From positions 62,001 to 126,000 of IMG/VR virus record IMGVR_UViG_3300046171_000252: a stretch of DNA of 64,000 bases, one strand, 5' to 3'. The position numbers and the translations under genes were made by a program. The notes below the pieces were generated by a model. The model was not told the DNA's origin. It ran no database searches and was given only the letters and a program-made list of their open reading frames with translations. Positions 53,766 through 62,071 of this stretch are shown here, in pieces; positions within the stretch are counted from its first letter, which is position 1, and each line of letters opens with the position of its first letter.

Positions 53766-54857
53766 ATGTCTCTGACCACCGACTACATTCGTACTTCTCT
53801 TCAAAATTTGTATGGTGAGTCTGTAACCTCTGCCGACATTCGTGCATGGTGTATGATGAATGATTCTAATTATCAAACTGTAACCAAAAAACTTTCTGAG
53901 TGTAAAGTTGGTCGTGGTAAATGGAATCTTGAATTGACAAAAGAAACCGTGGATGAATTGGAAGTATCTTACAGTTCTCCTGCAGCATTGCCTGCCATTG
54001 AACAAAACCTTATTCCTCGGAAAGATGATACTTTCGTCCAGTTTGGTAACTTTAGTGATATTAAAAAAATTATTCAGTCCAATCTTTTTTATCCGACATT
54101 TATTACTGGACTCTCCGGTAATGGTAAAACTCTTTCGGTGGAGCAAGCATGTGCCCAAACAAAACGAGAACTTATCCGCGTAAACATTACTATTGAAACA
54201 GATGAAGATGATCTTATTGGCGGTTTCCGCCTTGTTAATGGTGCAACCGTCTGGCACAATGGCCCGGTCATTGAAGCACTCCAGCGAGGAGCTATCCTGC
54301 TCCTTGACGAGATCGACCTTGCCTCTAATAAAATTCTCTGTCTCCAGTCTATCCTTGAAGGAAATGGAGTCTTTCTCAAGAAAATTGGGCAGTTTGTCCG
54401 TCCCAATGCAGGTTTCAACGTCATCGCAACCGCAAACACTAAAGGTAAAGGTTCAGACGATGGACGATTCATTGGAACTAACGTGCTCAATGAAGCCTTC
54501 CTTGAGCGATTCCCTGTGACTTTTGAGCAGGAGTATCCTACTCCTTCTAATGAGGTAAAGATTCTTTTGGGTGTTGCTGCCTCTGTTGGTAAACACGATG
54601 AAGACTTCTGTAGGAGACTCGTAGATTGGGCTGACATTATCCGCAAGACCTTCTATGATGGTGGTATTGAAGAAATTATCAGCACTCGTAGATTGGTTCA
54701 CATTATCCATGCATATTCAATCTTCGGTAAGAAGGAAAAAGCAATTCAAGTTTGTGTAAATCGTTTTGATGATGAAACCAAACAGGCATTCCTAGAATTG
54801 TATGATAAAGTGGATGCGGATTTCCAAATGCCAATTGACGATCAGGAGATTACCTGA
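53766..54857 (+). CDS. cobS: CobS-like MoxR AAA+ ATPase
   Basis: GLSGNGKT, LLLDEID, TANTKGKG, NEAFLERF, ISTRRL. Confidence 0.88.
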   Translation: MSLTTDYIRTSLQNLYGESVTSADIRAWCMMNDSNYQTVTKKLSECKVGRGKWNLELTKETVDELEVSYSSPAALPAIEQNLIPRKDDTFVQFGNFSDIKKIIQSNLFYPTFITGLSGNGKTLSVEQACAQTKRELIRVNITIETDEDDLIGGFRLVNGATVWHNGPVIEALQRGAILLLDEIDLASNKILCLQSILEGNGVFLKKIGQFVRPNAGFNVIATANTKGKGSDDGRFIGTNVLNEAFLERFPVTFEQEYPTPSNEVKILLGVAASVGKHDEDFCRRLVDWADIIRKTFYDGGIEEIISTRRLVHIIHAYSIFGKKEKAIQVCVNRFDDETKQAFLELYDKVDADFQMPIDDQEIT

Positions 54858-54863
54858 TATAAT
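54835..54863 (+). promoter_or_regulatory. sigma70 promoter TTGACG-N17-TATAAT
   Basis: Near-consensus; heads the clamp operon. Confidence 0.75.
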
Positions 54864-54868
54864 AAATT

Positions 54869-55288
54869 ATGACTAATTCTTGGTCCATGCTCTATGATGA
54901 AATTTTGAAAATGGATGAAAACACTTTGAACATAGGTACTCACCTTCGAGGTGCCGAAGGTAATGACCACATTTCTTTAAATATGTCTAAAAATAGTAAT
55001 AGTCGATATAAGTATAGTGAAGAAAAAATTCTTAAGGAACTAACTGACTATATTATTAGGACATATGATCAGCATTATTCTGCTGGTGATGACAGGATTC
55101 AAACACTTGATCTGATTGAAGCATGTGGTGATGGTGAAGCATTTTGCCGATCTAATATTCTCAAGTATGCTTCTCGTTATGATAGGAAAGGCACCGCCCG
55201 ACGTGACATTATGAAGATTCTGCATTATGCTGTTCTTCTGATGCACTTCAATGATAAGAATGCTGAGAAAGAGAATTACAATCAATGA
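54869..55288 (+). CDS. DUF3310-like hypothetical protein
   Basis: QHYS..IQTLDLI..FCRSNILKYASRY.RKG...D..K..HY. Confidence 0.7.
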   Translation: MTNSWSMLYDEILKMDENTLNIGTHLRGAEGNDHISLNMSKNSNSRYKYSEEKILKELTDYIIRTYDQHYSAGDDRIQTLDLIEACGDGEAFCRSNILKYASRYDRKGTARRDIMKILHYAVLLMHFNDKNAEKENYNQ

Positions 55289-55980
55289 CCATGAAATTAC
55301 GCGAACGCACTATGAAACTAAGTGATTCAACTCTGTCCATCCTGAGAAACTTTGCAGGAATTAACAACTCAATTCTTGTAAAGAGAGGTAATCGTCTTCG
55401 CACAATTTCTGTTGCCAAGAACATTTTGGCAGAAGCAAATCTTGATGAAGATTTTCCTTCAGACTTTGCACTCTATGACCTCAATCAATTTCTCAATGTA
55501 AATAACAGTCTTTTCAGAAATCCTGAATTGGATTTTACTGATAATGGTTATGTTGTTATTAGTGAAGGAAAGTCCAAACAAACTTTTTTCTTTGCTGATC
55601 CAAATGTAATTGTTACTCCTCCCGATAAGGAAATTACTCTTCCCACTGAAGATGTTTGTTTTGAATTGAGTACAGAACAACTAGACAAACTGCTTAAAGC
55701 AGCTGCCATCAATCAACTACCTGATTTTTCTGCGATTGGTAGGAATGGTAAAGTGACTTTGGTTGTCCGTGATAAAAAGAACGATACTTCTAACAACTTT
55801 AATATTGTTGTCGGAGAAACTAGTTCTGAATTCTCATTCAACTTTAAAGTGGAGAACATTAAGATTCTTCCAGGAACCTATGATGTGGTTGTCTCGCAAA
55901 AACTTTTGTCACGATTCACCTCTAAAAATCATGATCTGACTTATTATATTGCTCTGGAACCTGATTCTACTTTCGAGTGA
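55285..55980 (+). CDS. gp45: Sliding clamp gp45 (start may be 55312)
   Basis: MKLSDSTLSILRNFAGINNSI, FALYDLNQFL, YYIALE. Confidence 0.93.
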   Translation: MTMKLRERTMKLSDSTLSILRNFAGINNSILVKRGNRLRTISVAKNILAEANLDEDFPSDFALYDLNQFLNVNNSLFRNPELDFTDNGYVVISEGKSKQTFFFADPNVIVTPPDKEITLPTEDVCFELSTEQLDKLLKAAAINQLPDFSAIGRNGKVTLVVRDKKNDTSNNFNIVVGETSSEFSFNFKVENIKILPGTYDVVVSQKLLSRFTSKNHDLTYYIALEPDSTFE

Positions 55981-55981
55981 T

Positions 55982-56509
55982 ATGAACATCTTTGTGACCT
56001 CTCCCAGTCCTTGGGAATCTGCCAGGGTTCTCCCTGACAAGCACATCGTTAAGATGCCTTTGGAGACCTGTCAGATGCTTGCTATTGTATGCTCTGACAA
56101 ATGGGGTCATAACTTTGGCACTCTTCCTAGAGCAGATGGCAGTGCCTATGCTACTGAGAAGGGTGCCTTTCGTAATCACCCCTGCACTAAATGGGCAAAT
56201 CAATTCGTAACCAATTGGCAGTGGTTGCTTGCTCATGGACTTGCTATGTGTGATGAATATACTGCTCGCTATGGTAAGGTTCACACCTGTCAGAAGACGC
56301 TTCTAGCAGCAAAGGAGATACTTCCTACCGCAGATCCGCAAGGTCGTAGTGGAAAGGATACAACACCCTTTGTATTTGCTGGACCTGATGAGTTCAAGTA
56401 TGATACGAGCATTGACATTTTCACTGCTTACAAGATGTATATTGCATCTAAACCATGGGTAAAAGATAATTATCTTCGTATCCCATCCAGAAAACCTGAT
56501 TGGATATAA
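55982..56509 (+). CDS. Pyrimidine-dimer glycosylase/DenV-related protein
   Basis: MNIF..DKHIVKMPLETCQML, NHPCTKW, EYTARYGKVH. Confidence 0.65.
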   Translation: MNIFVTSPSPWESARVLPDKHIVKMPLETCQMLAIVCSDKWGHNFGTLPRADGSAYATEKGAFRNHPCTKWANQFVTNWQWLLAHGLAMCDEYTARYGKVHTCQKTLLAAKEILPTADPQGRSGKDTTPFVFAGPDEFKYDTSIDIFTAYKMYIASKPWVKDNYLRIPSRKPDWI

Positions 56510-56845
56510 ATGAGACACATTCTCTTCACCCTCAAAGGATGTCCATATGGATTGCTAGATGATGAATCGCACATTCGCAATGTGCTGGCAAATGCATCAA
56601 CTCTTGCAGAAAGTACATTGCTGAATATTTCATCTCATAAGTTTGATCCTCATGGAGTAACTGCCATAGCACTTCTTGCCGAGTCTCATATTAGTATTCA
56701 TACATGGCCAGAGAATGGTATGGCAGTATGTGATGTGTTTACCTGTGGTGATCATACAAATCCACGATCCGGTGCCACATACATGTATGAGGCAATGGGT
56801 GCAACAGACATTGTATCCGAAATCTTTACTCGACCTTTGAAATGA
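56510..56845 (+). CDS. speD: Pyruvoyl-dependent S-adenosylmethionine decarboxylase proenzyme homologue
   Basis: HKFDPHGVT..LAE|SHISIHTWPE..DVFTCG. Confidence 0.88.
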   Translation: MRHILFTLKGCPYGLLDDESHIRNVLANASTLAESTLLNISSHKFDPHGVTAIALLAESHISIHTWPENGMAVCDVFTCGDHTNPRSGATYMYEAMGATDIVSEIFTRPLK

Positions 56846-57057
56846 CTAAAGTTGATGTCCCAATGAGAATAACTGGTAGTATCCTGGTGATTACTGCTTA
56901 TTTTGTTGTTCTTCACATTAATATAACTCTCGGAGTTTTTTTGCACTTTGTTGCTGATATGATTTCAGTTCCTTACTTTATAAGGACAAAATCTTGGGAT
57001 GTTGTTATTATGCTAGGATTCCTTCTAGCGATTAGTTTTAGTAAATTACTTTTTTGA
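56842..57057 (+). CDS. Small membrane protein
   Basis: 71 aa, mostly hydrophobic; overlaps both neighbours. Confidence 0.6.
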   Translation: MTKVDVPMRITGSILVITAYFVVLHINITLGVFLHFVADMISVPYFIRTKSWDVVIMLGFLLAISFSKLLF

Positions 57058-57059
57058 TT

Positions 57060-58004
57060 ATGCGTAATGAATTCCTTTGGGTTGAAAAATACCGACCCAA
57101 AACAATTGAAGAATGTATTCTACCTGAGAATACCAAAGAAACATTTCAAAAGTTCCTAGATAAAGGTGAGATACCTAATATGCTTCTCGCAGGTCCTGCG
57201 GGGTGTGGCAAAACAACGGTAGCAAAGGCACTGTGCAATCAACTGGGAGTAGACTATTATGTCATCAATGGATCGGATGAGGGACGCTTCCTTGATACTG
57301 TCAGAAACAATGCGAAAAACTTTGCTTCGACCGTATCACTTCAAGCAACTGCAAAACACAAAGTCATCATCATTGATGAGGCAGATAACACAACGAACGA
57401 CGTACAACTCCTCTTACGGGCGTTTATTGAGGAGTTTAGTAGTAATTGCAGGTTCATCTTTACATGTAACTTTAAAAACCGAATTGTCGAACCACTCCAC
57501 TCAAGATGTGCCGTCGTTGAATTTGGAATCAAAGGAAAAGATAGACAAACAATTGCTGCTCAGTTCTTCAAAAGAATCCAAGAAATCTTGGGTGCAGAAG
57601 GTGTTGAATATGATAACAAGGTCCTGGTAGAATTAATCAACAAGCACTTCCCTGATTGGCGTCGTGTCTTGAATGAGTGCCAGCGTTACTCTGTAAGTGG
57701 AAAGATTGATGCTGGTATCCTTGCTACTTTTTCTGATGTTGCCGTAAATGATCTCCTCAAAAATCTCAAAGAAAAAAACTTCCCGGAAGTTCGGAAGTGG
57801 GTGGTATCTAACATGGATAATGATACTACTGTACTTTTGCGTCGTATTTACGATGCTCTTTATGTTTCCCTTGAAAACAATAGCGTTCCTGCTGCTGTGC
57901 TCGTTCTTGCTAAGTATCAGTATCAGTCGGCATTCGTCGCGGACCAGGAGATAAACATGTTGGCATGTCTAACTGAGATTATGGTGGAGTGTGAATTCAA
58001 ATGA
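57060..58004 (+). CDS. gp44: Clamp loader large subunit gp44
   Basis: LWVEKYRP, GPAGCGKTT, IIDEAD, SRC, FPDWRR. Confidence 0.96.
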   Translation: MRNEFLWVEKYRPKTIEECILPENTKETFQKFLDKGEIPNMLLAGPAGCGKTTVAKALCNQLGVDYYVINGSDEGRFLDTVRNNAKNFASTVSLQATAKHKVIIIDEADNTTNDVQLLLRAFIEEFSSNCRFIFTCNFKNRIVEPLHSRCAVVEFGIKGKDRQTIAAQFFKRIQEILGAEGVEYDNKVLVELINKHFPDWRRVLNECQRYSVSGKIDAGILATFSDVAVNDLLKNLKEKNFPEVRKWVVSNMDNDTTVLLRRIYDALYVSLENNSVPAAVLVLAKYQYQSAFVADQEINMLACLTEIMVECEFK

Positions 58005-58125
58005 CAAGTATTCCAACTAAAATTGGTATGTCCCTTATCATGGTCTATTGGTTGTCTATGGCTGGTATGGTTGTCAATGCATATTTTCATTATAACTATA
58101 ATGTATGGAGTGTGAATTTAAATGA
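57985..58125 (+). repeat. 20-bp direct repeat (19/20 identical) flanking a small ORF
   Basis: tggagtgtgaattcaaatga (57985-58004) versus tggagtgtgaatttaaatga (58106-58125). Confidence 0.8.
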
Positions 58126-58129
58126 TTGA
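58001..58129 (+). CDS. Hydrophobic micropeptide (42 aa)
   Basis: MTSIPTKIGMSLIMVYWLSMAGMVVNAYFHYNYNVWSVNLND; ATGA overlap with gp44. Confidence 0.5.
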   Translation: MTSIPTKIGMSLIMVYWLSMAGMVVNAYFHYNYNVWSVNLND

Positions 58130-58415
58130 TGTAAAACTGCTACGAATTGTGACCGGAGAAGAAGTTATTGTAGAACTTCTATCCGAAACAGAAGACACTA
58201 TCACAGTCCAAAATGGTCTTGCAGTTCTTCCAACAAATAATGGCGTTGGATTTGCTCCATGGGCAACTGTGATTAGTAAAGAAAATCCAGAGATTACGAT
58301 CTCTAAAACTCATCTTGTATATGTTGCAGAAGTTCAAGAGGATGTCTGTAAGAAGTACAATGAAATGTTTGGTAGTAAATTGATTACTCCAGATTCTAAA
58401 AAACTAATTGTGTAA
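58122..58415 (+). CDS. Hypothetical protein, Sm-like fold
   Basis: VKLLRIVTGEEVI..FAPW..YNEMFG. Confidence 0.7.
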   Translation: MIDVKLLRIVTGEEVIVELLSETEDTITVQNGLAVLPTNNGVGFAPWATVISKENPEITISKTHLVYVAEVQEDVCKKYNEMFGSKLITPDSKKLIV

Positions 58416-58417
58416 TT

Positions 58418-58609
58418 ATGAAACAAAAGAAAAGGTGTCAGATTAAGTCCAAGTTCTACTATATCTTTTGGGGAACCGCTACAGTAGCAGTTGTTCTGGG
58501 ACAACTATATGTTGGAACTGGATATCGTGTCTTGCATGATGATATGCAACAATTACTGAATAAGGTTGATGGAGTTCTTCTTCGTGCGGATGAACCGAAC
58601 TACCTATGA
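58418..58609 (+). CDS. Small single-TM hypothetical protein
   Basis: Basic N-terminus, hydrophobic segment FYYIFWGTATVAVVLGQLYV. Confidence 0.6.
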   Translation: MKQKKRCQIKSKFYYIFWGTATVAVVLGQLYVGTGYRVLHDDMQQLLNKVDGVLLRADEPNYL

Positions 58610-58842
58610 GTTTTTTAAAAACTGACAAGAGTAATTTAGTTGAACCAAAGGTAAAAACTACTCCTCAAAATGTGGCAGAATCAAACGATAGTTTATTTCG
58701 TGCTACAATGAATTTACCTAATGCCGCAAAGCATTGTGGTATGACCGAGAAGGAAATGAAACTAACCTTCTGGGAATATTTGAAATATAACAAACCTGAT
58801 TATGAAATCTCTCAAGACTCCCCTCAGGTATCCAGGGGGTAA
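58606..58842 (+). CDS. Hypothetical protein, possible HTH
   Basis: MNLPNAAKHCGMTEKEMK resembles an HTH. Confidence 0.55.
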   Translation: MSFLKTDKSNLVEPKVKTTPQNVAESNDSLFRATMNLPNAAKHCGMTEKEMKLTFWEYLKYNKPDYEISQDSPQVSRG

Positions 58843-59698
58843 ATCCCGTGCCTGTGTTAAGATGGATGAGTTTATTCCCGATCTAAGGGAGTATAATAAT
58901 TACCATGAACCATTTCTTGGTGGTGGTAGTGTTGCCATTCATATTACAAAAAAATATCCACACTTAGATATCTGGGTAAATGATTTATACGAACCTCTCT
59001 ATAACTTTTGGAGAGTTCTACAGGATGATGGATATGAACTTTATAAGAGACTTCAAGAATTAAAGTCTAGATATCCGGATCGTGGATCTGCCAAAGGTTT
59101 ATTTCTTGAGGCAAAAACTGTTGTAAATGATTATGATCAAACCAATCTATTTCGTGCTTGTGCTTTTTACGTTGTTAACAAGTGCTCTTTTTCTGGTCTC
59201 ACTGAGTCCTCATCCTTTAGTGCCCAAGCATCTGATTCAAACTTCTCAATGCGAGGCATAGAAAAACTACAAGGATATACAAAAATAATTAAAGATTGGA
59301 AAATTACTAATCTTAGTTATGAACAACTCCTCACTGATGATAAGGAGTGCTTTACTTATCTTGATCCTCCATACGATATTAAAAGTAATCTTTATGGAAA
59401 AAAGGGAAGTATGCATAACAAATTCAATCACGATGATTTTGCCACTGATTGTGATAGATTTATTGGACCTCAACTCATATCTTATAATTCATCTCAATTA
59501 GTCAAAGATCGTTTTCAAGGATGGGAAGTGGGAGAGTTTGATCTCACCTATACGATGAGGTCTGTGGGTGAGTATATGCGTGAGCAAAAAGATAGAAAAG
59601 AACTTCTTCTCATGAACTATGATAAGAGGTCAAAAATAAAACCTGTATTTGAAGAGTGTTATAATTTCTCCAAGTTGAAGAAAGAGGGGTTGGTATGA
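58802..59698 (+). CDS. dam: N6-adenine DNA methyltransferase (D12/Dam class)
   Basis: RYPGGKS, EPFLGGGSV, VND, YLDPPY. Confidence 0.9.
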   Translation: MKSLKTPLRYPGGKSRACVKMDEFIPDLREYNNYHEPFLGGGSVAIHITKKYPHLDIWVNDLYEPLYNFWRVLQDDGYELYKRLQELKSRYPDRGSAKGLFLEAKTVVNDYDQTNLFRACAFYVVNKCSFSGLTESSSFSAQASDSNFSMRGIEKLQGYTKIIKDWKITNLSYEQLLTDDKECFTYLDPPYDIKSNLYGKKGSMHNKFNHDDFATDCDRFIGPQLISYNSSQLVKDRFQGWEVGEFDLTYTMRSVGEYMREQKDRKELLLMNYDKRSKIKPVFEECYNFSKLKKEGLV

Positions 59699-60621
59699 GT
59701 AAATCAATACGGGAAAAATTAGATAATCTTCGCCAAAGAAAAAATAAAGACTATCAAAATATTGTTTATTACTCATACAAAATGAGTGTTCATAAACACA
59801 TCAATGATCATGAATTAAAACGTTTGAAACATAGCATTAAATCATTGAGAGAATTTAACAATGAGATATGTGTTTATTTGTTCTGTGATGATAATAATTT
59901 TATCTCACCAGATTTTTGCTCAAACTATGATGTAAATTTTAGATCTTTTGTGGATGGATTTGACCATGATATGTTGAGTGCCTGGTCAATTCACAGATGG
60001 TATAATCTTAAATACTTTGAAGGTAGATCCTGCAATATTCTTTATCTTGATTCTGATACTATTTTTTATGATGACCCTCAGTATCTTTTTGACACCTATT
60101 GTCATCGTGATGTCTATGGTAGAGAAGAGTTTGGATTCCGACATGACCCCAATACAGGTGGCGGCAGGGGCATCAGAGAGTCCTTAGATAAGGTAGATGC
60201 TGCCATTTATGATCTAGGGGGTAAGCGTGAGGTTTATAAGTATTGCCTAGGTGTGATATTGATGAATAATAATTTTCACGATCAAATCATTGACCGCCTT
60301 GATGAACTGACTAAACTGATGCAACTCTTTAAATTTAGTGAAGAGTTGATGCCAATTCCAAATCCACGAATTGTTGATCAGTATGCTGTATGGATTATCT
60401 TTAGTCGCCTTGAATTGGTTGGTGATATGTTTGCCACTCAAGATGTGACTATGGGATTCAAGGAACAAAAGCACGAAGAATTTTTTAATCCTGTCGTTCT
60501 TCATTACACAACAAAAGGTGAGCAGGGACTTGCCGAGTCTGACGAGAAGTATGCTAATCTTATTAGAGATACTGACGAGTTAGGCGCAGAAATAGACCCT
60601 TATAGTATGATGTTATCATGA
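59695..60621 (+). CDS. GT8-like GT-A glycosyltransferase
   Basis: SIKSL, ILYLDSDT (DxD), GVILMN, VDQ and LHY motifs in GT8 order. Confidence 0.65.
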   Translation: MSKSIREKLDNLRQRKNKDYQNIVYYSYKMSVHKHINDHELKRLKHSIKSLREFNNEICVYLFCDDNNFISPDFCSNYDVNFRSFVDGFDHDMLSAWSIHRWYNLKYFEGRSCNILYLDSDTIFYDDPQYLFDTYCHRDVYGREEFGFRHDPNTGGGRGIRESLDKVDAAIYDLGGKREVYKYCLGVILMNNNFHDQIIDRLDELTKLMQLFKFSEELMPIPNPRIVDQYAVWIIFSRLELVGDMFATQDVTMGFKEQKHEEFFNPVVLHYTTKGEQGLAESDEKYANLIRDTDELGAEIDPYSMMLS

Positions 60622-61001
60622 CCGAATTAAAAGACTGGCTCAACTCTATCAATCAAACAAAGAAGCATTTGATTGATGAAGACCCCTTGGTTGAAAAAGA
60701 ATATCCTCCTTATATTATCAACCGTTGTTTCTCCGGACATCTTGATGCAATTATGTTTGCAAACGAGATGAACAAGTATCATTTTCTTCCAAAGAAGATG
60801 CAGTATGATTTTATGCTAAATAGTCTGAGGAAAAAGAAGAGATTTTCTCCCTGGCTCCGAAAAGATAAAATCAAAGATCTTGATTATGTCAAACGTTATT
60901 ATGACTATAGTAATGAAAAGGCACAACATGCTTTGAAGATCCTAACAACAGAACAACTTAATTTTATTAAATCAAAATTTGATACTGGAGGAACAAGATG
61001 A
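60618..61001 (+). CDS. gp62: Clamp loader small subunit gp62
   Basis: YPPYIINRCFS, ANEMN, RKKKRFSPW. Confidence 0.92.
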   Translation: MTELKDWLNSINQTKKHLIDEDPLVEKEYPPYIINRCFSGHLDAIMFANEMNKYHFLPKKMQYDFMLNSLRKKKRFSPWLRKDKIKDLDYVKRYYDYSNEKAQHALKILTTEQLNFIKSKFDTGGTR

Positions 61002-61438
61002 GTGTGGTTCAAGAACCTATTGTGAAATGGTCGCCGGAGCAGATGGTTGAAGTGGTTCTTGGAGAACCTGATGACTTTCTCAAAGTAAGAGAAACACTAA
61101 CAAGAATTGGTGTTGCATCAAGAAAAGAAAAGAAGATTTATCAATCTTGTCATATTCTTCATAAACAAGGTCGTTATTATCTTGTGCATTTTAAAGAACT
61201 CTTTGCACTAGATGGTAAACATGCCAATATCACAGTTAATGATGTCCAACGACGTAATCGCATTGCTCAATTACTTGCTGATTGGGGTCTTATTAGCATC
61301 GTTAGTGCTGATAAAATACAAGATATTGCTCCATTGAATCAGATTAAGGTTCTTTCTTATAAAGATAAGCAAGACTGGATTCTTGAAACTAAGTATAATA
61401 TTGGGTCCAAAAAGAAAAAGGTTGAAGAAACCGAATAA
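60998..61438 (+). CDS. regA: Translational repressor RegA
   Basis: DDFLKVRETLTRIG, YQSCHILHKQGRYYLVHFKELF. Confidence 0.96.
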   Translation: MSVVQEPIVKWSPEQMVEVVLGEPDDFLKVRETLTRIGVASRKEKKIYQSCHILHKQGRYYLVHFKELFALDGKHANITVNDVQRRNRIAQLLADWGLISIVSADKIQDIAPLNQIKVLSYKDKQDWILETKYNIGSKKKKVEETE

Positions 61439-61445
61439 AAATCTA

Positions 61446-61468
61446 CGGGGTTCCTACCCCGCTTTTTT
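61446..61468 (+). terminator. Intrinsic terminator after regA
   Basis: cggggt-tcct-accccg followed by ctttttt. Confidence 0.8.
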
Positions 61469-61477
61469 ATGCTTTGT

Positions 61478-61485
61478 TATAAATA
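61478..61485 (+). promoter_or_regulatory. Late promoter TATAAATA for hsp20
   Basis: Exact consensus. Confidence 0.75.
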
Positions 61486-61489
61486 ATCA

Positions 61490-61543
61490 TGGATGCCTTC
61501 GGGGTCCACAAAACACAAACTCGCTTTTAAAGGAGCTACAATC
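61490..61543 (+). promoter_or_regulatory. ROSE-like RNA thermometer in the hsp20 5' UTR
   Basis: cUUCGg hairpin 61490-61508; UCGCU (61521-61525) pairs with SD AAGGAG (61530-61535), leaving a bulged G. Confidence 0.6.
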
Positions 61544-61978
61544 ATGGGAAACCTTGCACGGTATACTGCTGCGGACCTACCTGCGTTGATGGAACGCATA
61601 AATAGGAATAGCATAGGAATGGATGAATACTTCGATAGGTTGTTTAATCTCCACGAAACAACGAAGAATTATCCACCATTTAATCTAGTCACGGTCAGCG
61701 CAGTAGAATCACGACTAGAACTTGCACTTGCAGGATTTAGAAAAGCAGAAGTAAATGTCTACACACAAGACGGAAAACTCTTTGTCGAAGGACAAAAAGA
61801 GGACACCGAATCAGAAACGACTTATGTCCACAGAGGAATGGCTCAACGATCTTTCACCAGATCTTGGACACTGGCAGAGGATACGGAAGTTAGATCAGTT
61901 GAATTTGAGGATGGGTTGTTAAGTATTGTTCTGGGAAGAATTGTGCCCGAACATCATCAAAAGAAGGTCTGGTTTTGA
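61544..61978 (+). CDS. hsp20: Small heat-shock protein Hsp20
   Basis: YPPFNL, LELALAGF, YVHRGMAQRSF, DGLLSI; SD-supported ATG at 61544. Confidence 0.93.
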   Translation: MGNLARYTAADLPALMERINRNSIGMDEYFDRLFNLHETTKNYPPFNLVTVSAVESRLELALAGFRKAEVNVYTQDGKLFVEGQKEDTESETTYVHRGMAQRSFTRSWTLAEDTEVRSVEFEDGLLSIVLGRIVPEHHQKKVWF

Positions 61979-62001
61979 TACCCTAACTGATTTTTGCTGC
62001 G

Positions 62002-62047
62002 GTTGATACAGAAGTGTATCAACATGATACACTATACTCTATATAAT
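62002..62047 (+). promoter_or_regulatory. Overlapping inverted repeats of TGATACA plus TATAAT box
   Basis: gttgataca-gaag-tgtatcaac and agtgtatca-aca-tgatacact share the middle arm; TATAAT at 62042-62047. Confidence 0.55.
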
Positions 62048-62071
62048 TATGTAATCGATTAGGAGGTATTA

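Noticed and set aside
53697-54710. Long minus-strand ORFs opposite cobS (and similar ones opposite gp7, the fibre, gp18 and gp23)
   Set aside because: Antisense shadows of strongly biased + strand genes, with no recognisable motifs, SD or promoters.
61493-61543. N-terminal extension of Hsp20 from ATG 61493
   Set aside because: That ATG lies in the 5' hairpin just after the promoter with no SD; ATG 61544 has AAGGAG at proper spacing.
62016-62030. Canonical NtcA box
   Set aside because: The spacer is GTA-N9-TAC rather than N8, so it is not called as NtcA; kept only as a hypothesis.
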